Below, piece by piece: positions 8,925 to 15,415 of a DNA stretch of 64,000 nt; positions within the stretch are counted from its first letter, which is position 1, and each line of letters starts with the position of its first letter. The position numbers and the translations under genes were made by a program. The notes under the pieces were generated by a model that was given only the letters and a program-made list of their open reading frames with translations, did no database searches and was not told the DNA's origin. Origin of the DNA: an uncultured Planctomycetia bacterium (lineage in GTDB: Bacteria; Planctomycetota; MHYJ01; WSZJ01); NCBI GenBank assembly GCA_963706735.1, contig CAVPNQ010000116.1, positions 2,704-66,703 of the forward strand, written 5' to 3'.

Positions 8925-10242
8925 GCTTCCACTCCACCACGATGTCCCCGGAGCCGGAAGAAGGGTCGTCCTGGAAACCGCCCATGCCGCTTTGGTCGCC
9001 GTCGGTCCACTCGGACCAGAGGCGGAGGGTGCCGGCGTCGTCGAGGCGGTGGAGGGGCGCGCGCGTGAAGGGGTCCTCCGGGATGGGGGACAGCGGGGTG
9101 CCGGTGGCGCGCTCGTGGGCGAGGGCCCGGAGCAGCCGGAGGCGGGCGCGGACACCGCGGTCGGCGCGGTCGAGCGCGAGCGAAGAGGTGAAGACGAGGC
9201 CGAGGATCGGGTCGCCCGACACGCGCTGCTCGATGCGGTCGTGTCCCAGTTGCGCTTCGCTCCACGGCCGGGCGGACAGCACGCGGCATTCGTCGGTGGC
9301 GCGCGCGCACGCGTCGTCGATGTCGGCGGCCACGATGCGCCAGGAGAAACCGTGTCGCCAGGCGAGGAGGCGTGCGGCGGCGGGAAAGCCGAGATCCGTG
9401 AAGTCGCCGCGTCCCTCGGCGAGCGCGGTCATCGTTTCGTTCATGAGCAGGTGATCGGCGTCGAGCTGCTGGTCGAGCGGGCGGAGGGCGGCCTCGGCGC
9501 GTTCGAACAGCCGCTCGATCCGCGCGGCCTGCCCGGGGGTCAGCGCGGGATCGGCCAGGAGCACGGCGGCCTCGGTGGCGGAGATGCGCAGGATCGCGTG
9601 ACCGACCAGGGCGCAGATCGCCGGCCCGGTCGAGGCGGTATCGACGCCCATCTGCGCCGCGGCCGCGACGTCGTCGATCGCGCCGGTGAGGTCGCCCGCG
9701 CCGCGGCGGCGCCGCGCCGACAGTTCGAGCATGCGCGCCGACATCCGGAACGGTCCCAGCCAATCGAGCGGCGCGGCCCACCCGAGATCCCAGTCGACCC
9801 CGTCGCGCCAGGAACCCGCATGGGCGGCCTTCCGAAGCGCTTCCAGGTCGGCGGCGTGCGCGTCGAGCGCGTCATACGCCTTCTTCTGTTTCTCAGGAGT
9901 GAACTTTCCCGACCGCACTTCATCGATCGCGTTCCGCTCCTCGTCCGACATCTTCGCAAGTGCCGAGGACGCCGCGACGTACTGATCCCAGGCGTTCCCT
10001 TCGACCGCCGGCGGCTCCAGCGGCTCGCGGTCGTACGGATTCGACTGGACGCGCGCGCGCAGCTCCGCGTTCTTGATGCCGAATTCCTTCCAGCGCGAAC
10101 TTGCGCGCCCCGAAACGACGAGGCTGCCGAGCAGGAACAGGAGCACGAGGAATCCCAGGCACCCGGCCGGCAGCCAGAGCCACCACCGGCGCCGCGGCGG
10201 GCCTGGCGGCGTGTCGGGCCGGTCGTCGGATTCCTGGCTCAC
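8914..10242 (-). CDS. membrane-anchored protein of unknown function (paralog A)
   Basis: One TM helix (WWLWLPAGCLGFLVLLFLLGSLVV). It shares motifs with paralog B (SRWKEF/SRWKDF, GNAW, HGFSWRI, EDPF) and ends in IVVEWKHGK. The start is uncertain; GTG at 10242 is proposed. Confidence 0.6.
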   Translation of the reverse strand: MSQESDDRPDTPPGPPRRRWWLWLPAGCLGFLVLLFLLGSLVVSGRASSRWKEFGIKNAELRARVQSNPYDREPLEPPAVEGNAWDQYVAASSALAKMSDEERNAIDEVRSGKFTPEKQKKAYDALDAHAADLEALRKAAHAGSWRDGVDWDLGWAAPLDWLGPFRMSARMLELSARRRRGAGDLTGAIDDVAAAAQMGVDTASTGPAICALVGHAILRISATEAAVLLADPALTPGQAARIERLFERAEAALRPLDQQLDADHLLMNETMTALAEGRGDFTDLGFPAAARLLAWRHGFSWRIVAADIDDACARATDECRVLSARPWSEAQLGHDRIEQRVSGDPILGLVFTSSLALDRADRGVRARLRLLRALAHERATGTPLSPIPEDPFTRAPLHRLDDAGTLRLWSEWTDGDQSGMGGFQDDPSSGSGDIVVEWKHGK

Positions 10243-10312
10243 AGGGCGCGATCTCCGCTGGGTTGGATGCCCCTTGGATGCCGCCGCGGGCCCGGCGTCA
10301 CGCACACCTCGT

Positions 10313-10510
10313 TCAATCGCGCCGCCGGCGGTGCAGGTGCTTCTTCCGCAGCCCCGACTCCGCAGCGTGGTCGTTCGGGGCACCCACGGGCGCCTCCGAG
10401 CCCCCGGAAGCCCCGTCGAAGCGCAGCTTCACCCGCCCGATCTTCACGACATCCGGGGCGAATTCGCGCGACTTCTCCCATTCCCCTTCGAAGAGCGTGA
10501 TGCGGATCAT
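10313..10510 (-). pseudogene. possible remnant of a duplicated FHA gene (65-aa ORF lacking the FHA core)
   Basis: MIRITLFEGEWEKSREFAPDVVKIGR-VKLRFDGASGG aligns to both ends of the neighbouring FHA domain (MMKISVIEGAPAETFDFDEDVVSIGR...RVALKFEGGDGA). About 60 central residues are missing. Confidence 0.35.
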
Positions 10511-10602
10511 GGTGCGTTCATTCTAGAGGGGGGGCCGGGCGATCCCGGCCGGAAAACAAACGGGCCGTCCGCGAGGACGGCCCGGGAGTGGTTCGTGAAG
10601 CG

Positions 10603-11049
10603 CTACTTGAGAATGACGTAGACCAGGGCGGACATCGCCAGCCCCGCGACGTAGGCCACGCCGTACAGCACCGGGTCCTTGCCTTCCACGGCCCCGATCA
10701 GCCCGCGCTTGCGCATCCCGCTCGCGCTGCTCTTGCCGGAAAGCTTCTGGCTGTCCGCCGCCCCGTCGCCGCCCTCGAACTTCAGCGCGACCCGCCCGAC
10801 CAGGATCGTGTCCCCGGCCTTCAGGAACGCTTCGCCGACCGGCCGGCCGTTGACGCACGTGCCGTTCGTCTTCGCGTGGTTCACGAGCAGGTACCGCCCG
10901 TTGACCGAGGCGATCTCGCAGTGCTTCCGCGACAGCGTCGAGTCGTCGAGCATGAGCGCGTTCCGCCGCGACCGCCCGATCGACACCACGTCCTCGTCGA
11001 AGTCGAACGTCTCCGCCGGGGCCCCTTCGATCACGCTGATTTTCATCAT
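10603..11049 (-). CDS. FHA domain protein with a C-terminal TM anchor
   Basis: FHA pattern VVSIGRSRRNALMLDDSTLSRKHCEI...NGTCVNGRPV...GDTILVGRVALKF. The C-terminal hydrophobic helix is VAYVAGLAMSALVYVIL. Confidence 0.8.
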   Translation of the reverse strand: MMKISVIEGAPAETFDFDEDVVSIGRSRRNALMLDDSTLSRKHCEIASVNGRYLLVNHAKTNGTCVNGRPVGEAFLKAGDTILVGRVALKFEGGDGAADSQKLSGKSSASGMRKRGLIGAVEGKDPVLYGVAYVAGLAMSALVYVILK

Positions 11050-11065
11050 GGTTGCCTCGCTTCGT

Positions 11066-12775
11066 TTACTTGAGCATCTTGCCTTCGCCGCCGTTCTCGC
11101 TCGCAAGGCGGGCGAGGAAGACCGGGTCCGGGGGATCCACGCCGACTCCCGGCTGCCCCACACCGACCGTGTTGATGATCGCGCGGTCGTCCTTGTTGAT
11201 CTTCCGGATCTCCTTCAGGAACTCCTCGGGGTCCGGGAAGCGGCCCGTGTTATGGCGGCCGTCCGTGACCAGGAAGATCGCGTAATCCGGCCGGCCCTTG
11301 GCCGCCGAACCCGGCGCGGGCGCAGGCTTCTTCAGCGTCTTGATGTGGTCGTCGATGATCCCGAACGCGCTGTCCAGGGCGTCGAAGATGTTCGTGCCGC
11401 CCCACGCCGACGTCGTCTTGATCCGCTTGATCGCGTCGATCTTGTTCTTGTCGCTCGCGGGCACCAGGCGCTTCTGCCACGGCGTCGGCGAGAACGAGTA
11501 GAAGATGACCGTGAATTCCACGTCGGCGTGCAGGTAAGCGATCGAGTGCGTCAGCTCGTACTTCGCCGCGTCGAGCTTCGTCTTCACGTCCTTGCGGCTG
11601 AACTTCTCCAGCTGGCGCTTCAGTTCGGCCCCGATCTTGATCTCGGGCGGGCCCGAGAACTCGGCGGGCGTCACCGTCGCGGGATCTTCCATCGAGCCCG
11701 TCACGTCCATCACGAACACGACGCGCTTGAGCATCGTCTTGAGGCCCATGAACTGCGTCGGCGGGCGCGAAGGATCGTCGGGAGGCTCGACCGTCGTGCC
11801 GCCGTCGGCGGGCGGGGTCGGCTTCGGGTCCACGGGCTTGACGGAAACGGGATCGTCGGCGACGGGCGGATCTTCGCTCGCCACGGGCGGCGGCGGCACC
11901 GGGTCCTTCTTGGCGACCACGGGCTCTTCCTTCGGCGTTTCCTTCGGCGCTACCACCGGCACCTCGACGGGCTTCGGCGCCACGGCGACCGGCTCTTCCT
12001 TCTTCGGTTCTTCCTTCGGGGCCACCGCGACGGGCTCCTCCTTCGGCGCCACCGCGACCGGCTCTTCCTTCGGGGCCGGATCGACCCCCGCGGTCTTCGG
12101 GTCCTGCGCCTTCACCGGAATCTCCGGCCCGGGCTGCTCGAGCTTCGCCGCCGCCGGCTTCGCGGGCTTCTTGTCGTCCCGGTTGTCCATCACCGAAAGC
12201 GCCGTCACGCCGGACAGCAGCCCCGCAACGAAGAAACAGGCGATCGCGAACGCCGACACGCCCTTGCTTCCACGCTCCACCCTCACCGCGGGACGCACGC
12301 CGCTCGACTTCTTCGGCGCACGAGCCTCCGGCGCGGGAGCAGGGACGGAAGCGGCCACCGGCGCCGGCACCGGCGTCGAAAGCGCCGCCGCAATCGCTTC
12401 CCCGGCCTTCTCGTTCGCCGACGGCTGCTTCGTCATCAGCTTCTCGGCTTCCTTTGGGTCCATCGCCGTCGGAACGCCGACCCGGAACGTCACCGCCGTC
12501 TCGCCGATCTTGAACGAGTCCCCGTGCTTCAGGGCCGACACCGAAACCGCCGACCCGTTCAGGAACGTCTTGTTCTTGCTCCCGCAGTCGATCAGCATCC
12601 AGGATTCCTTCTGGCGCACCACCTGGCAGTGCTCCGCGGAAACCTTGGCGTCGTCGCGAAGCGGCACGGTGTTCTTGCGCGACCGCCCGAACGTCACCAC
12701 CTTGTCGTCCAGGGCGATGGTCCGGGACTTGCCGTCGGTCACGACTTCCAGGATGCAGGCGTTGGTGTCAGACAT
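11066..12775 (-). CDS. FHA - TM - Pro/Glu-rich repeat - vWA domain protein
   Basis: N-terminal FHA (VVTFGRSRKNTVPLRDDAKVSAEHCQV...NKTFLNGS), a TM helix, KEEPVAVAP repeats, and a vWA MIDAS motif VVFVMDVTGSM with downstream WGGTNIFDAL and FLVTDG. Confidence 0.85.
   Translation of the reverse strand: MSDTNACILEVVTDGKSRTIALDDKVVTFGRSRKNTVPLRDDAKVSAEHCQVVRQKESWMLIDCGSKNKTFLNGSAVSVSALKHGDSFKIGETAVTFRVGVPTAMDPKEAEKLMTKQPSANEKAGEAIAAALSTPVPAPVAASVPAPAPEARAPKKSSGVRPAVRVERGSKGVSAFAIACFFVAGLLSGVTALSVMDNRDDKKPAKPAAAKLEQPGPEIPVKAQDPKTAGVDPAPKEEPVAVAPKEEPVAVAPKEEPKKEEPVAVAPKPVEVPVVAPKETPKEEPVVAKKDPVPPPPVASEDPPVADDPVSVKPVDPKPTPPADGGTTVEPPDDPSRPPTQFMGLKTMLKRVVFVMDVTGSMEDPATVTPAEFSGPPEIKIGAELKRQLEKFSRKDVKTKLDAAKYELTHSIAYLHADVEFTVIFYSFSPTPWQKRLVPASDKNKIDAIKRIKTTSAWGGTNIFDALDSAFGIIDDHIKTLKKPAPAPGSAAKGRPDYAIFLVTDGRHNTGRFPDPEEFLKEIRKINKDDRAIINTVGVGQPGVGVDPPDPVFLARLASENGGEGKMLK
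11975..12076. repeat. in-frame 27-bp tandem repeat inside the FHA-vWA gene
   Basis: Repeated GGCGCCACCGCGACCGGCTCTTCCTTC units on the plus strand encode the KEEPVAVAP repeats on the minus strand. Confidence 0.7.
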
Positions 12776-13007
12776 GGGAGTCTCCGAAAGTTGAGGAGCA
12801 CTTATGCAATCGGTGTGCCGGGGGTTCCTGCAGGACATTAGGACTCAACTCCATTGCATACAAGGCTTTACGATTGAGTTGTGGAGCCAGCCCGGGCCTG
12901 CCAAAGGCCCCGGATGTAAAGAAAAGTGCCTTTACTGCATTCCGGCCACCCATCCGGGCACCGATGCACGACCTGTAACGAGAAGCGCCATCAGCCAAGT
13001 CAGGTTC

Positions 13008-13067
13008 TCGAAAGGGCAAACTCAAAACCGCGAAACGCAAAACCAAACGCCAAAAGCAAAAGGGAGA
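13008..13067. repeat. CAAA-rich 60-bp dispersed repeat (copy 1)
   Basis: CGAAAGGGCAAACTCAAAACCGCGAAACGCAAAACCAAACGCCAAAAGCAAAAGGGAGAAA is about 90 percent identical to the reverse complement of 27955-28015. Confidence 0.8.
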
Positions 13068-13200
13068 AACAAGATCCACGGACGACGCCACGCGGCAAAC
13101 CACCCGCCGACGCTGACCGGCTTGTCGTTTGCGGTTTGTCGTTTCCTTGAGGGTTCTCCATTTTGCCTTTGCCATTTCCCCTCCCGCCCTCCCCTTCCCA

Positions 13201-13230
13201 TTGACGCCACCATTCCGCATACCGTATACA
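13201..13230 (+). promoter_or_regulatory. candidate promoter for tRNA-Ala
   Basis: TTGACG (13201-13206), an 18-nt spacer, then TATACA (13225-13230). The mature tRNA 5-prime end is 16 nt downstream. Confidence 0.4.
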
Positions 13231-13246
13231 TCACCCCCGTAACCCC

Positions 13247-13319
13247 GGGGGTGTAGCTCAGCTGGGAGAGCGCGTGAATGGCATTCACGAGGTCGAGGGT
13301 TCGATCCCCTTCACCTCCA
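13247..13319 (+). tRNA. tRNA-Ala (anticodon GGC), CCA not encoded
   Basis: A manual cloverleaf fold fits. The acceptor stem is GGGGGTG/CACCTCC with the G3:U70 alanine identity pair, and the D arm is GCTC-AGCTGGGA-GAGC. The anticodon stem is CGTGA/TCACG with loop ATGGCAT, and the T arm is GAGGG-TTCGATC-CCCTT. Confidence 0.9.
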
Positions 13320-13448
13320 CTGGATGTTCGCCGGACGGGGTCAACACTTCGGGCCGAAGCGAAATAAAAAGCGCTTCGGCCCTTCGTGTTGGCGGCCGCC
13401 GGTCGAAGTCGTGGCGATCCCGGATCGAGGTGGTTGAGGAGGCCTGCG

Positions 13449-14642
13449 GTGCGAAATAAAAACATCGACGTTTCGAGCGACGTCGCGCGGATCCGGAAGG
13501 ACATGGTCGAGTGCCGGCGGGATCTGCACGCGCACCCGGAGATGGCGTTCCGGGAGGTGAGGACTGCTCGCGTCGTCGCTTCGCGACTCCGCTCGCTTGG
13601 GGTGGCGGTGCGGGAAGGCGTCGCGAAAACGGGAGTTGTGGGAGTCATCAAGGGCGGGCTGCCCGGACCCGTCGTGGCTTTGCGCGCGGACATGGATGCG
13701 CTTCCGATCATCGAGAAGGAAAAGAAGAGCTACCGGTCGGGGACGCCGGGCGTGATGCACGCTTGCGGGCATGACGGGCACGTCGCGATCCTGCTCGGCG
13801 TGGCGGACGTGCTTTCGAAGCGGAAGGCGAACCTGCGCGGGTCGGTGAAGCTGATTTTCCAGCCGGCCGAGGAATCGCCGGGCGGAGCGGAGCCGATGAT
13901 CAAGGCGGGCGCGCTGAAGAATCCCGACGTGGACGCGATCTTCGGCCTGCACATGTGGAACGACTTCCCCGTCGGCCGGCTCGGGGTGCGCCCGGGCCCG
14001 CTTCTCGCGGCGGCGGACAAGTTCGAGATCACGATCACCGCGAAGGGCGGCCACGGCGCCGCGCCGCACCAGACCGCCGACCCGATCCTCGCAGCGGTGC
14101 ACGCGATCCAGGCGCTTCAGGCCATCTCCAGCCGCCTCGTCGATCCGTTGCAGCCCGTCGTCTGCTCCGTCGGGCGCATCAAGGGCGGCGACGCGTTCAA
14201 CGTGATCCCGAACAAGGTCGAGTTCGCCGGGACGATCCGGAGTTTCGACCCCAAGCTGCGGCCGCGCCTGCCGAAGATGGTGCGCGAACTGGTCGGCAAC
14301 GCGGTGCACGGGCTGGGGGCGGAGTTCGAGATGACCTACACGATGTACTACCCCGCGACGATCAACGACCCGGAGATGACCAAGGTCGTGGACGGAGTGG
14401 CGGAAGGGCTGGTAGGCGCGGAGCGGGTGGACCGGAACGTGCAGACGCTGGGCGGCGAGGACATGTCCTATTTCCTCAACGAGGTGCCGGGCTCGTTCTT
14501 CTTTCTGGGTTGCCGGAACGAGAAAAAGGGGCTTTGCGCGCCGCATCATTCCGACTTGTTCGATTTCGACGAGGAAGCTCTCCCGATCGGCGCAGAGATG
14601 CTCATCCGCACCGTCGAGCAATACTTCTCCCCCCCGAAGTAG
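13449..14642 (+). CDS. M20D-family amidohydrolase (N-acyl-amino-acid/hippurate hydrolase-like)
   Basis: DLHAHPE, ALRADMDALP, MHACGHDGH, IFQPAEE and GGEDMSYF motifs are present. The GTG at 13449 is preceded by GGAGG. Confidence 0.85.
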   Translation: MRNKNIDVSSDVARIRKDMVECRRDLHAHPEMAFREVRTARVVASRLRSLGVAVREGVAKTGVVGVIKGGLPGPVVALRADMDALPIIEKEKKSYRSGTPGVMHACGHDGHVAILLGVADVLSKRKANLRGSVKLIFQPAEESPGGAEPMIKAGALKNPDVDAIFGLHMWNDFPVGRLGVRPGPLLAAADKFEITITAKGGHGAAPHQTADPILAAVHAIQALQAISSRLVDPLQPVVCSVGRIKGGDAFNVIPNKVEFAGTIRSFDPKLRPRLPKMVRELVGNAVHGLGAEFEMTYTMYYPATINDPEMTKVVDGVAEGLVGAERVDRNVQTLGGEDMSYFLNEVPGSFFFLGCRNEKKGLCAPHHSDLFDFDEEALPIGAEMLIRTVEQYFSPPK

Positions 14643-14644
14643 CC

Positions 14645-14764
14645 GCGCCGGCAAAGCCGGCGCCCCGTACCCGTGCGCGTGCCCGTGCCCCTGCCCGGCA
14701 TTGCCGTTTTTCGCCGTACACCGCAACGGCCGGGCACGGGCACGGGCACGCGCACGGGAACGGG
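14645..14764. repeat. 19-nt GC hairpin plus a long hairpin with CCCGTGC-type arms
   Basis: GCGCCGGCAAAGCCGGCGC is followed by CCCGTACCCGTGCGCGTGCCCGTGCCCCTGCCCGG, which pairs with CCGGGCACGGGCACGGGCACGCGCACGGGAACGGG. Confidence 0.8.
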
Positions 14765-14845
14765 AGGGGCAAATATTTCAAACTTCCCCCTGTAAGATCC
14801 CTGCCTCCCAGCGTCTCTACTCCGTACGCCACCTAAAGGACGCCG

Positions 14846-15415
14846 ATGACCGAACAGGAACTCGTGGACCGGCTGGCCGCCGGCGACCGCACCGCGGTCG
14901 CTCCGCTCCTCGCCGCCCACGAAGCCCCCCTGCTCCGCTTCTCGGCCGCCCTTCTCGGCGACGCCGCCCTCGCCCAGGACGCCGTGCAGGAGACCTTCCT
15001 GCGCGTCATCCGCGAAGGCGGACGGTTGCGCGAAGTGAAGGCGCTCTTTCCCTGGCTCCTTCAGGTCACCCGCAACATCTGCCACGACCTGCGACGCAAG
15101 GAGACGCGGATGGAACGGAAACACGAGGCCGCCGCGGTGCTGGAGCCGCGTCCAGCGGAAGCGGCCGCCGACACCCGCGCGCTCGACGGCGAGCTGCGCG
15201 ACCGCGTCCAGGCCGCCGTCGCCGGCCTCCCCGAGAAACAGCGCGAAGTCCTGCGCCTCAAGCTCTGGGAAGGGCTGACCTACCGCGAGATCGCCGAACG
15301 GCTGGAAATGACGCTGACAAACGTGAGCTACCACCTCGGGCAGGCGGTCAAGGCCGTCGGGGGCCGGCTTCGGGAGGCGGGGCTCGTCGGGGATGAACAT
15401 AGGAGGGCGCTGTGA
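14846..15415 (+). CDS. ECF-type RNA polymerase sigma factor
   Basis: Region 2 (DAVQETFLRV...WLLQVTRNICHD) and region 4 (LPEKQREVLRLKLWEGLTYREIAERLEMTLTNVSYHL) are recognisable. Confidence 0.85.
   Translation: MTEQELVDRLAAGDRTAVAPLLAAHEAPLLRFSAALLGDAALAQDAVQETFLRVIREGGRLREVKALFPWLLQVTRNICHDLRRKETRMERKHEAAAVLEPRPAEAAADTRALDGELRDRVQAAVAGLPEKQREVLRLKLWEGLTYREIAERLEMTLTNVSYHLGQAVKAVGGRLREAGLVGDEHRRAL

Noticed and set aside
11975-12076. A tandem 27-bp repeat considered as a non-coding VNTR.
   Set aside because: It is in frame inside the FHA-vWA gene and encodes the KEEPVAVAP linker repeats.
10679-12841. A 720-aa plus-strand ORF across the FHA and FHA-vWA genes.
   Set aside because: It is antisense to genes with clear FHA and vWA MIDAS motifs. 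Its translation is Arg-rich repeat noise.
13247-13319. tRNA-Ala as an integration hotspot for a genomic island.
   Set aside because: There is no integrase, no direct repeat of the tRNA 3-prime end, and no phage or IS genes within the flanking sequence I can see.
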